Assembly: GCA_017694755.1 (NCBI GenBank) | Contig: JADIMO010000016.1 | Location: forward strand, 18,647-82,646 | DNA from: Candidatus Cryptobacteroides merdavium | Lineage (GTDB): Bacteria; Bacteroidota; Bacteroidia; Bacteroidales; UBA932 | Length of the DNA stretch: 64,000 nucleotides | Reading direction: 5' to 3' | In this document: positions 51,544-60,893 of the stretch, in pieces | How positions within the stretch are numbered: position 1 is the first letter of the stretch | How the letters are laid out: every line of letters begins with the position of its first letter | Translations under genes and position numbers: made by a program | The notes under the pieces: generated by a model | What the model was told of the DNA's origin: nothing | Databases searched by the model: none | The model's input: only the letters and a program-made list of their open reading frames with translations

Positions 51544-53205
51544 TTATTGCACATTATAGGACATACAAGGATCCGGATTGTTGGTGGTCAGCAGGATGGT
51601 ATTCCTCTGGGCTACAGAAATAGGAATGGTCTGGTTCCACCAAGGTGCTCTTCCGTCCGTGTCAAGCTTTGCTCCGGATGGTGCGTTGTTGGAAGCATTC
51701 TGGATGCTCATGTTCAGCCTCTTCATGTCAAACAGGATAAGTCCTTCGCCCCAGAGTTCTATCCTTTTCTGGAAAATAATCTCATCAATGAGGGCATCGC
51801 CTGAAGAGCTGGCGGCAGGAACGGTATAGCCCGGAGCCCTGTTGGACATGAAGTTCTCAAGAAGAGTCCTTCCGGTGCCTTCATCATAATGGGCAGTGGC
51901 CTCGGCCTCGATCAGATACATTTCCTCAACTCTCATTAGAGGGATACTCGTTACATTTGCAGTTGAATAGTCAGACTTCTCACCGCCTGCAGTATGGAAC
52001 TTGGTGGAAGCATAAGCAGCCACAGTCTCAAATTCGTCTTCAGTGAGATTGGTATATGGCTCGAACGCGGACCAGTCACGATCAGGGTTGACGAATGAAA
52101 GCCTTCTGAAGTCGTTGGCGCTGATGCGGGCGTAAAGGTTGGACGGGATGCCAGGCTGAGCCAAATATCCATATCCGTACATAGCGTCTAGACTCATGTG
52201 GGCACTCCATGACAGAAGGTTGTTGAGGACAGTGTCAGTGGACTGGATCATCGCCCACATCCATGCCGCATTCACGGTGTTGAATCCTGTGGCAGGGTCA
52301 AGCCACTGTGCTGATGTCATGATTGTGCATCCTGAAGCATCTATAGCCTTGCGAGCATATTCGGCTGCAAGCCTGTATGCCTCCACTCCAGTCGGCACAT
52401 TTGCATAGTTCAGATTGTCGAAGCCTCCGAGCCACAGATATGCCCTTGCCTTCAGTCCGTACACGACAGCCAGTGAAGGCATGTTCTTCCTTGCAGGAGT
52501 ATAGTCGGCAAGGCATGCCTCTGCATCGTCGAGGTCAGAGAAGATGAATTCAAATGCCTGCTCGCGGGTCATGCGCGGATTGTTGCGCAGCTGGTCCACT
52601 TCAGATGCCTCTGTAACAAGAGGCACGGTCAGCCCTTCCACGGCAGCCCTCTGGCTTTCATAGCCGGTGAGCAGAGGAGCATTTGCCGGAAGCGGGTCGT
52701 AATGACGGACAAGGTCCAGATAGAAAAGGGCGCGGAAAGCCTTCGCTATACCTCTTGACTCCTTTGTGTCCTCATCATTGCCCACAGTGGCAAGCACATC
52801 ATTGGCAGCCTTGATGAACTGGTAATAGTTCAGATAGTGCATGGATGACCAGCCCATTGAGGCATTGAGGGCATTCGATGCACACGGATACAGCCATGGC
52901 TGCCAGCGGTCATAATACTGGTTACCTCCAGGAAGGTTCTGTGCTACAGGGAACACATCTCCGGCAAGCCGGTCATTGGCTCCAAGGATTCCCGGATAGC
53001 CGAAATCTACATGTTCTCCCAAATCAAGATAGTTGGTGATCATTATGGTCGGGATGGAAGAAATCATTCCTTCCAGAGCCATAGAAGATTCGGCAATCTG
53101 ATCTGCCGTGGCATAGCCGCCTTCAGGGAAGGTCTCCTCGATACATCCCGGAAGGAGCATGACGGCTCCGGCAAAAAAGCAGGTCTTTCTAAGTATACTG
53201 TTCAT
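51544..53205 (-). CDS. SusD/RagB-family lipoprotein (left)
   Basis: Lipobox LPGC; RALFYLDLV, LMRVEEMYLIEAEA, RIELWGEG. Confidence 0.93.
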   Translation of the reverse strand: MNSILRKTCFFAGAVMLLPGCIEETFPEGGYATADQIAESSMALEGMISSIPTIMITNYLDLGEHVDFGYPGILGANDRLAGDVFPVAQNLPGGNQYYDRWQPWLYPCASNALNASMGWSSMHYLNYYQFIKAANDVLATVGNDEDTKESRGIAKAFRALFYLDLVRHYDPLPANAPLLTGYESQRAAVEGLTVPLVTEASEVDQLRNNPRMTREQAFEFIFSDLDDAEACLADYTPARKNMPSLAVVYGLKARAYLWLGGFDNLNYANVPTGVEAYRLAAEYARKAIDASGCTIMTSAQWLDPATGFNTVNAAWMWAMIQSTDTVLNNLLSWSAHMSLDAMYGYGYLAQPGIPSNLYARISANDFRRLSFVNPDRDWSAFEPYTNLTEDEFETVAAYASTKFHTAGGEKSDYSTANVTSIPLMRVEEMYLIEAEATAHYDEGTGRTLLENFMSNRAPGYTVPAASSSGDALIDEIIFQKRIELWGEGLILFDMKRLNMSIQNASNNAPSGAKLDTDGRAPWWNQTIPISVAQRNTILLTTNNPDPCMSYNVQ

Positions 53206-53222
53206 TTTGATCTGTCTTTAAA

Positions 53223-56200
53223 TTAGAATGTAATGGATATACCGCCTGATATGGTACGTACAGGTGCATAATAGAAAGGATTCGTAGAGCCGGAGATTGA
53301 CTGTCTCGGATCAAGACCCTTGCGGTGTGACCAGTACCACACGTTGTCGCAGGTTGCATAAACGCGGAGGCTCTCAACGAGGAACTTGCGCGTAATGCGC
53401 TGAGGAAGCGTATAACCGATGGTTATGTTCTGGATATTCAGATATGACGCGCTTGTAAGGAATCGGCTGGATGCTCTGTTGGAATCTGTATCCCCATAGG
53501 CCAGACGCGGGATGTCCGTGCCAGTATTGGTCGGAGTCCATGAATTCCAGAGGTCACGGTGATATGTGGAGCCTGTGGATGTTCCTGTAGGAGACGACAT
53601 GAAGAAAGCATATCCGCTGTCATATACGAGACCGCCTATCTGATAGGTGCAGTTGACAGAGAAGTCAAGGCCTTTCCATGAAAGCGAGGTACCGAAACCT
53701 CCGTAGAGGTCAGGAATGGCATCCCCCTGGATCTCACGGCCATTGGCAAGTGCTGCAGAATAGTCGGTGGTAGTCACTCTTTCCCTTTCCTGCGTCTGTT
53801 CATTTGTCTGGTACGTGTACCACATTGAAAGACCTGTTTCCTGATCTACGCCTGCATAAGTCGGAAGATAGAAGGAGAAAAATGAATTGCCTTCACTGCG
53901 GAAATAGTTCCCGTCAAGAAGACCGGTCAGGGAGCCGTCGGAAGTGGTGTTGGTCTTATACTCGTCAGGCAGCCTGAGGAGCTTGTTGCGGTAGTGCGTC
54001 ATGTTGAGGTTGAAGCTCCACACAAGGTCCCTGGTCCGGATGAGGTCTGCATTCAGTTCTATTTCCACACCTCTGTTGGCCATGTCACCGATATTGGTAT
54101 AATAGTAGTTGTAGCCGGCCTCAACAGGCACAGGAAGGGAGAAGAGCATGTCTGAAGTCTTGCGGTTGAAGAAATCCACGCTACCGGAAAGACGGCTGTT
54201 CCAGAATCCGAATTCAACTCCCACATTCAGGTTTGCGTTGGTCTCCCATGTGATGTTCTCATTTCCTTTCCTCTCGAATACGGTAGTGATGCCGCCGCTT
54301 CCGTCATTGGAAATGGAATAATAGTCCACATAGAGGTAATCGGCAATATTGTCATTACCCTGGGAACCATAGGATGCCTTTACTTTCAGCATATCCACCC
54401 ACGGTGCCTTGAACCAGCTCTCGTCGCTGAGAATCCAGGCTGCACCGACAGACCAGAAGTTTCCCCAGCGGTGATCCGGATGGAAACGGGAAGAAGCGTC
54501 ACGACGGTATGAAGCAGATGCGTAGATACGGTTGTCATAGTCATACTGGCCTCTGAAGAAGTATCCTTCGTTGTTATACTCGGCCACGGATGATCCTGAT
54601 CTTGAATTGTCGACCACTGCACCGCTGAGCTCCCAGTTGTCATATGAGAACATTCCGCTTCTGGAGGCATAGAGGCCGTACTCCTTGTTGTTATACATCT
54701 CATGACCAAGGAGCAGGTCCATATTGTGCTTGCCGGCAAAAGTCCTGTTGTAGGAGATAAGCTGCTGGAGGTTGTATGCAATCTGCCTTCCATGCTGCTT
54801 TGTGACAACTCCGCCGGACTCCGCAAACTGTCCGTAATAAGGGTTGAGCATAGTGGTGGAACGTATCTCGTCAATGGTCACATTTCCGTTGATGGTCACC
54901 TTGAGACCTTCATAAAGGTTAAAGTCAGCAAATCCGCTTGCGGAGAATGCATTTCCTTCATTTATGTATTTGTTGAGCTGGATGTCCTGAAGGTCGTTGC
55001 TTGTGCCTCCGTTCGTACGCACGGATCCTCCGTTACGGCCGTCACCGGTATCATAAAGCTTGTAGCCGTATTCGTCATACATGATGTTCCCGTTCCCGTC
55101 ACGGATGTAGACCGGATATATAGGAGCCATCATATAGGCTGTGGCAAAGGCATTCCCTCCGTCTGAAGCACCTTCGGAATCGATGTCATTTCCGTTTTCC
55201 CAAAGGAAATGGGTATATGACATGTTAGCTCCCACCTTCAGCCATTTCTTGGCCTGATAGTCAGCGCGCAGACGGGCCGTAAGACGCTCGTTGGCAGATC
55301 CGGCGATGATTCCCGTATTGTCGAGATAGCCGAGAGACGCATAGAAGTTGGATTTTTCGGTGGCACCGGCCACGCTGAGATTATATTCCTGACGGAAAGA
55401 ATTCTTGTAGATTTCATCCATCCAGTTGTCCGGGTAAAGGAGATATTCCTGGCCCTGATACTCCACGAGACGGCCGAGGGTGGCATTCGGATTGAGACGT
55501 CCGTTGCTTCCGATGAGCGTCTGGCCATTTGGAACGGTATATACATTATAGCCTACACCGCCGGCATTGTTGGAAATAAGAAGCGAGTTGGCTGCCACAT
55601 AGGCGTCAGTGGCACTCATGCCCTGCTTGAGAGTATAGTCGTTGTACAGAGCCTTGTATGCCATCTCATAGAACTCGCCGGCATTGTCCACCAGGTCATA
55701 TGACTGGAGCGCCTTGTTGTTGAGTCCCCATTTTGCATCAAATTTCACCGTTGCCTGACCAGCCTTTGCCTTCTTGGTTGTGACCATTATCACACCGTTG
55801 GCACCTCTCGCACCATAAAGGGCATTGGAGGCGGCGTCCTTCAGCACGCTTATGCTTTCGATATCCGCAGTATTGATGTTGTTGATGTCCCCCTCATACG
55901 GTACGCCGTCCACTACCCACAGCGGCTTGTTGTCAGCGTTCACCGAACCGTATCCACGCACATAAATGGTCTGGTCCGAACCCGGACGGCCTGATGAAGA
56001 GGCGAACTGCACACCGGCAATCTTTCCTACGAGAGCATCCGAAACATTGGTGGACTGTGTCTTTATGAGATCATCGGTCTTCAGGACCTTGGCTGAACCT
56101 GTGAACGCCTCCTTCGTAGTCGTTCCGAAAGCGACCACAATCGTCTCATCCAGCATTTCAGCGTCAGGAAGCATGGAGACATTGATGAGCGCCCTGCCGG

Positions 56201-56459
56201 CCACCTCGATTTCCTGGCTCTGATATCCTATTGACGAGAATATGAGGGTTGCGTCAGAAGCCACGAGAATAGAATACTTTCCGTCGCTGTCAGCAGTTCC
56301 TCCTGTCAGAGTCCCTTTGACCTGGATGTTCGCACCCGGGACAGGCTCTCCCGAATCAGCATCCAAAACTATTCCCGAGACCGTCACATCCTGGCCAAAG
56401 GCCAGTCCGGCAGTCATCAGAATAGCCAACATAGTAAGAAAAAGTCTGATTTTTCCCAT
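53223..56459 (-). CDS. SusC/RagA-family TonB-linked outer-membrane protein (left)
   Basis: PLWVVDGVP, SVLKDAAS.ALYGARGANGVIMVTTK, ITWET, C-terminal Phe. Confidence 0.96.
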   Translation of the reverse strand: MGKIRLFLTMLAILMTAGLAFGQDVTVSGIVLDADSGEPVPGANIQVKGTLTGGTADSDGKYSILVASDATLIFSSIGYQSQEIEVAGRALINVSMLPDAEMLDETIVVAFGTTTKEAFTGSAKVLKTDDLIKTQSTNVSDALVGKIAGVQFASSSGRPGSDQTIYVRGYGSVNADNKPLWVVDGVPYEGDINNINTADIESISVLKDAASNALYGARGANGVIMVTTKKAKAGQATVKFDAKWGLNNKALQSYDLVDNAGEFYEMAYKALYNDYTLKQGMSATDAYVAANSLLISNNAGGVGYNVYTVPNGQTLIGSNGRLNPNATLGRLVEYQGQEYLLYPDNWMDEIYKNSFRQEYNLSVAGATEKSNFYASLGYLDNTGIIAGSANERLTARLRADYQAKKWLKVGANMSYTHFLWENGNDIDSEGASDGGNAFATAYMMAPIYPVYIRDGNGNIMYDEYGYKLYDTGDGRNGGSVRTNGGTSNDLQDIQLNKYINEGNAFSASGFADFNLYEGLKVTINGNVTIDEIRSTTMLNPYYGQFAESGGVVTKQHGRQIAYNLQQLISYNRTFAGKHNMDLLLGHEMYNNKEYGLYASRSGMFSYDNWELSGAVVDNSRSGSSVAEYNNEGYFFRGQYDYDNRIYASASYRRDASSRFHPDHRWGNFWSVGAAWILSDESWFKAPWVDMLKVKASYGSQGNDNIADYLYVDYYSISNDGSGGITTVFERKGNENITWETNANLNVGVEFGFWNSRLSGSVDFFNRKTSDMLFSLPVPVEAGYNYYYTNIGDMANRGVEIELNADLIRTRDLVWSFNLNMTHYRNKLLRLPDEYKTNTTSDGSLTGLLDGNYFRSEGNSFFSFYLPTYAGVDQETGLSMWYTYQTNEQTQERERVTTTDYSAALANGREIQGDAIPDLYGGFGTSLSWKGLDFSVNCTYQIGGLVYDSGYAFFMSSPTGTSTGSTYHRDLWNSWTPTNTGTDIPRLAYGDTDSNRASSRFLTSASYLNIQNITIGYTLPQRITRKFLVESLRVYATCDNVWYWSHRKGLDPRQSISGSTNPFYYAPVRTISGGISITF

Positions 56460-56494
56460 AAGTTGATTGATTAATTAAACATAAATATTGAATA
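56439..56494 (-). repeat. Outer inverted homology, left (shared susC 5'UTR and first codons)
   Basis: 24-bp TATTCAATATTTATGTTTAATTAA (56471-56494) and 22-bp TATGGGAAAAATCAGACTTTTT (56439-56460), identical to 57725-57748 and 57758-57779 in inverted orientation. Confidence 0.9.
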
Positions 56495-56544
56495 TTGTTG
56501 TGTCCCACTGTTCCGTATTTTTCCGCCGTATGGAATCCAGTCAA

Positions 56545-56572
56545 AATCCTGCGCCTTTAAAAGGGCGTTTTT
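56545..56572 (-). repeat. Left inverted repeat, candidate invertase crossover site
   Basis: Minus strand reads AAAAACGCCCTTTTAAAGGCGCAGGATT; 25/28 identical to 57500-57527. Confidence 0.85.
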
Positions 56573-56587
56573 CGCAGCAAAGTCTTA

Positions 56588-56619
56588 CAAAGTTTGCAAT
56601 AATAAATCAATATTCCAAA
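56588..56619 (-). promoter_or_regulatory. Candidate promoter inside the segment, pointing at the left susC
   Basis: TTTG-N20-AAACTTTG (one mismatch to TAnnTTTG); an alternative AGACTTTG lies 10 nt downstream. Confidence 0.4.
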
Positions 56620-56749
56620 CTTGTCTGAAAGTTTCAGAATGATTAACAATCAGTATTTTATAATATTTGGCTTTTAAATCATAAAAAATAATGCCTGAAA
56701 TGACGACATTTGTAATGTCCAAATTATAAAATATTCGCAAATAAAAATT

Positions 56750-57376
56750 TTAAACGAATTTATCACTTTTTTCATTTTTATCATTAATATGTGCTGTACA
56801 ATACTTTCTGAGCGTATTTCTATGTATTCCGTATTTCCTGGCCACCTTGGAAAGCGGTATTCCCAAATCAATCATTTCCGTGATTTTATCCCATTCCTTA
56901 TATATTGTAACCTTCTTTTTAGAACTTCCGGGAGGCCTTCCCAGCCTTATGCCTGATTGTTTTTTCAATGCAAGTGCCTCTTTTGTGCGTTCAGAAATAA
57001 GGATTCTTTCGATTTCTGCTGCCAAAGCAAAAGCGAATGCAATGATTTTGGAATTGATATTGTCCGAAAGGTCAAAATTGTCCTTTATGGAATGGATGGA
57101 AATGCCCTTGCTTGAGCAGATGTTGAGTATTGACATGATCATAAGCATGTTGCGGCCAAGTCTCGATATTTCGGTGCAGATGAGCATGTCGCCATTTCGC
57201 ATTTTCCGTATCATCCGTCCAAGCGTGCGCTTTTCAAAAGATTTTGTCCCGGAGACCGATTCCGATACCCATTTGTCTATCACAATATTGTGACTTTTAC
57301 AATATTTCCTGATCTCAAACTCCTGGCTTGAGTATGTCTGCATCTCTGTGCTGACCCTGATGTAAGCATAAACCAT
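56750..57376 (-). CDS. Serine site-specific recombinase, resolvase/invertase type (Mpi-like)
   Basis: YAYIRVST with catalytic Ser, SVSGTK, EISRLGR, AEIERILISERTKEAL, LGRP, C-terminal HTH. Confidence 0.93.
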   Translation of the reverse strand: MVYAYIRVSTEMQTYSSQEFEIRKYCKSHNIVIDKWVSESVSGTKSFEKRTLGRMIRKMRNGDMLICTEISRLGRNMLMIMSILNICSSKGISIHSIKDNFDLSDNINSKIIAFAFALAAEIERILISERTKEALALKKQSGIRLGRPPGSSKKKVTIYKEWDKITEMIDLGIPLSKVARKYGIHRNTLRKYCTAHINDKNEKSDKFV

Positions 57377-57499
57377 TTTTGTGTGGATTAGAATATTATC
57401 AATTTACTGTCTATCATAGATTTGATGCATACAAACATTATATGTTCCGTTATAATACACTTAAATTCAAAGTATTGCAAATGGAGTTCTGATGTCCAT

Positions 57500-57527
57500 A
57501 AAAACGCCCCTTTAAAAGTGCAGGATT
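57500..57527 (+). repeat. Right inverted repeat, candidate invertase crossover site
   Basis: AAAAACGCCCCTTTAAAAGTGCAGGATT. Confidence 0.85.
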
Positions 57528-57724
57528 CAGGCCAGGGTAAGACAGATCGGGGAATGCAGGTCAGCCGCCGCGGGAAACGGACGGGAGAGACAGCAGAAGG
57601 ACCTGAAAGGCGTGTACGGGCACACACACGCAAAGACCGGAAGAGATGCAGGACATAAACCGGGACGGGACAAGGCAGGACCTGACACGGCAAGAGGCGG
57701 CAAAGGAGCGGTTGGATACAATGC

Positions 57725-57779
57725 TATTCAATATTTATGTTTAATTAAAAGTTTCACTATGGGAAAAATCAGACTTTTT
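57725..57779 (+). repeat. Outer inverted homology, right
   Basis: Same 24-bp and 22-bp blocks as 56439-56494. Confidence 0.9.
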
Positions 57780-60700
57780 TTCACATTGGTGCTGATTTCT
57801 CTGTCGCTTTCCATGACAGCACAGAATCTGACTGTGTCAGGACAGGTTACAGATGATGGAACAGGGGAAGGAATCCCTTTTGCATCTGTAATCGTAAAAG
57901 GCACCACACATGGTGTCGCCACCAATGCAGACGGTTTTTATTCCATCTCTGTTTCTGATGGGGCAATTCTGGAATTCAGTTCCATAGGCTATGTCAAGGT
58001 TGAACTTCCCGTCAACGGAAGCTCCGTCCTGGATGTCGCACTGAAAACAGACTCCGAATTCATCGACGAAACAATTGTGGTCGCCTATGGAGTACAGAAG
58101 AAATCTTCATTTGTAGGAGCCGCAGAACAGATCAGCGGAGAAAAGCTGGAAACACTGAGTTCCACAAACATCTCCAAATCCCTTGAAGGCGCCGTTGCCG
58201 GACTCCAGACATCAAGCTCATCCGGAACACCGGGCTCATCCGCCAGCATCAGGATCAGGGGTCTCGGTTCCGTATCAGCTTCACAGGAGCCTCTGCTCAT
58301 TGTAGACGGAGTGCCGTATGAAGGCAGCCTCAACTCAATTTCATCCAATGACATAGAATCTCTTACCGTATTGAAGGACGCAGCCGCGAACTCAATGTAC
58401 GGAGCGAGAGGATCCAACGGTGTGATAATCATAACCACCAAACGCGGTACTTCAGACCGCGTAAGTGTCACATTTGACGCAAAAGTCGGCGTGAATTCAC
58501 GCGGTGTGCCGACATACGATGTCATAACCAACCCGGCCGACTATTATGAAATGACATGGGAGGCTGTAAGAAACTCCCTGTATTACGGCGGGCAGATGTC
58601 CCTCGGACAGGCAAACGCCTATGCATCCGGAGCGCTCATCGACAATTATCTCCGCTACAACATATACAAAGGTATATCTAACACGGAAGTGATTGATCCG
58701 GCCACAGGAAAAATCAACCCATACGCATATGATCTCAAATGGAACGACAACTGGAACAAGGATGTGTTCCGCAACGGCGTAAGACAGGAATACAACCTTT
58801 CTGCAAGCGGCGGTTCGGAGAAGACGCAGGCATACATGTCAGTGTCTTACCTCAATGACAAAGGCTACGTGCCAAGTTCCGGATTCCAGAGAATCTCAGT
58901 GAGAGGCAAGATTGACCAGTCCATCGGCAAATACATCAAGGTGGGCCTCAATGTAGCGTACTCGAATACTGTCCAGAATCTGTATAACTCCTCCGAAAGC
59001 CAAGGTTCATATTCCAATCTGTTCATGTTCGGACAGATGATAGCTCCGATATATCCTATTTTCCAGTATGACCTCGAAACAGGCGAGCGCCTTTACGGAA
59101 GCAACGGAGAGGATCTCTACGACTGGGGAGAAAACCGCGCCTATGGACAGTTGTCAAACCCGTATGGCCAGCTCATGACATCAAAGAATGAAGTCATATC
59201 CGACAACATTTCTTCAAGAGGTTACATAGACATCCAGATTCTCAAGGATCTCAAGTTTACCGCAAATGTGGCTTACGACACATTCATCGACAAGTACGAC
59301 TATTATACTACACCTGTCGGAGGAGACGCAGCCACTGTCAACGGACGCGGAACACAGCAGACCTCAAGACATTCAGCACTGAATGCCAACCAGCTCCTCA
59401 GCTATACCCCGACTTTCGGAGACCACAGCCTGAGCATACTCCTCGGTCATGAAACGAAGAGCGATACGGAATATTATCTGTCCGGGCAGATGACCAACTT
59501 CGTGGACCCGAACAACACGGATTTCGCCAACGGCGTAACATATCAGAACCTCACATCCCAGACATCCGAGTATTTCCTGCAGGGTGCATTCGTCAGGGCT
59601 GAATACAGCTATGCGAACAAATATTATGTGTCAGGCTCATACCGTATGGACGCATCTTCAAGATTCGCTCCGGACAAAAGGTGGGGAAGCTTCTGGTCCG
59701 TGGGAGCATCCTGGAACATGAAGCAGGAGAACTTCCTTCTCGGTGTGGAAAATGTCAACGCCCTCAAGATCAAGGCCAGCTATGGCACACAGGGAAATGA
59801 CAACATCGGTGTGACCAAGGTATATGAAGATCTGTATGCCATCAACAGGGTGGACGGAGAAGCTTCCATTGTCAGGACCTTCCGTGCGGCTCCGGACGTG
59901 ACATGGGAGAAATCCAACAACTTCAACGCCGGCATAGAATCAAGATTCTTCGACAGGCTCTCGGTAAATGCGGATTTCTTCATCAAGGAGACCAAAGACA
60001 TGATCTACTACCGTCCTCTCGCGCCGAGCCAGGGTTCCCCTGCAACGCAGCTTGTAAACGACATGGACATGAAGAATACGGGTATCGAATTTGAAATCAG
60101 TGCAGACATCATCAAGACGCCGAATGTCCTCTGGAATGTCACGGTGAACGGTACCCATTACAAGAACGCCATCACAAAACTTCCTTCAGACCAGCCGCAG
60201 GACGGATACAACAGCGGCAGCTACTGGAGAGAACTTGGAGGCTCACTCTATGACTTCTACATTTATGAATGGGCAGGAGTTGACAGGGAGACCGGACTTC
60301 CGTTGTACAACAGGTACTCACAGGAAGGCAAGGGAGGAGAATTCCTCGGTACGACAAGTGTCGCAACCAATGCAACCAACAGGGCCGTGGGCAAGAGCGC
60401 GATTCCGGATCTTTACGGAGGCTTCTCCACATATCTCACTTTCTACGGTTTCGATGTCAGCGCATCTTTCGCCTACCAGATAGGAGGATGGACCCTTGAC
60501 TCCAACTACCAGTCGCTCATGAGTGCGGGATCAGTCGGAACAAACTGGCACAAGGACATTTTCCAGAGATGGACTCCGCAGAATACTGATACGGACGTGC
60601 CGCGTCTCCAGAATGCCGACCTCAATGCGGCCCAGACTTCAACACGCTTCCTGACAAAGGCTTCATATCTGAGTCTCAGAAACGTGACCATAGGGTATAC

Positions 60701-60884
60701 ACTTCCGAAGAGAATCACTGACAAGATCGCCATGCAGAATCTCAGAATCTATCTCACAGGAGACAACCTCTGGTATACATCCAAAAGAAAAGGACTTGAT
60801 GTGCGCCAGTCCTTCAGCGGAGAGACAGGGTTCACATACTCAGCCCTCAGAACCATATCTGCAGGCATATCCTTCACCTTTTAA
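57759..60884 (+). CDS. SusC/RagA-family TonB-linked outer-membrane protein (right)
   Basis: Start MGKIRLF at ATG 57759, same as the left paralogue; TVLKDAAANSMYGARGSNGVIIITTK, VTWEK, C-terminal Phe. Confidence 0.96.
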   Translation: MGKIRLFFTLVLISLSLSMTAQNLTVSGQVTDDGTGEGIPFASVIVKGTTHGVATNADGFYSISVSDGAILEFSSIGYVKVELPVNGSSVLDVALKTDSEFIDETIVVAYGVQKKSSFVGAAEQISGEKLETLSSTNISKSLEGAVAGLQTSSSSGTPGSSASIRIRGLGSVSASQEPLLIVDGVPYEGSLNSISSNDIESLTVLKDAAANSMYGARGSNGVIIITTKRGTSDRVSVTFDAKVGVNSRGVPTYDVITNPADYYEMTWEAVRNSLYYGGQMSLGQANAYASGALIDNYLRYNIYKGISNTEVIDPATGKINPYAYDLKWNDNWNKDVFRNGVRQEYNLSASGGSEKTQAYMSVSYLNDKGYVPSSGFQRISVRGKIDQSIGKYIKVGLNVAYSNTVQNLYNSSESQGSYSNLFMFGQMIAPIYPIFQYDLETGERLYGSNGEDLYDWGENRAYGQLSNPYGQLMTSKNEVISDNISSRGYIDIQILKDLKFTANVAYDTFIDKYDYYTTPVGGDAATVNGRGTQQTSRHSALNANQLLSYTPTFGDHSLSILLGHETKSDTEYYLSGQMTNFVDPNNTDFANGVTYQNLTSQTSEYFLQGAFVRAEYSYANKYYVSGSYRMDASSRFAPDKRWGSFWSVGASWNMKQENFLLGVENVNALKIKASYGTQGNDNIGVTKVYEDLYAINRVDGEASIVRTFRAAPDVTWEKSNNFNAGIESRFFDRLSVNADFFIKETKDMIYYRPLAPSQGSPATQLVNDMDMKNTGIEFEISADIIKTPNVLWNVTVNGTHYKNAITKLPSDQPQDGYNSGSYWRELGGSLYDFYIYEWAGVDRETGLPLYNRYSQEGKGGEFLGTTSVATNATNRAVGKSAIPDLYGGFSTYLTFYGFDVSASFAYQIGGWTLDSNYQSLMSAGSVGTNWHKDIFQRWTPQNTDTDVPRLQNADLNAAQTSTRFLTKASYLSLRNVTIGYTLPKRITDKIAMQNLRIYLTGDNLWYTSKRKGLDVRQSFSGETGFTYSALRTISAGISFTF

Positions 60885-60893
60885 ACGACGGAG

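Larger units (their letters stand above)
56545..57527. mobile_element. Putative invertible segment (983 bp) carrying its own serine invertase
   Basis: 28-bp inverted repeats at both ends, recombinase gene inside, AT-rich, between divergent susC paralogues. Confidence 0.72.

Noticed and set aside
56545-57527. Insertion sequence or transposon
   Set aside because: The enzyme is a small resolvase/invertase with a C-terminal HTH; no transposase or TnpB, and no target-site duplication seen
56356-57758. Shared peptide IQYLCLI in ORFs 56356-56544 and the 57612 extension
   Set aside because: This is translation of the shared UTR block; it is in frame with one susC but not the other, so conservation is at the nucleotide level
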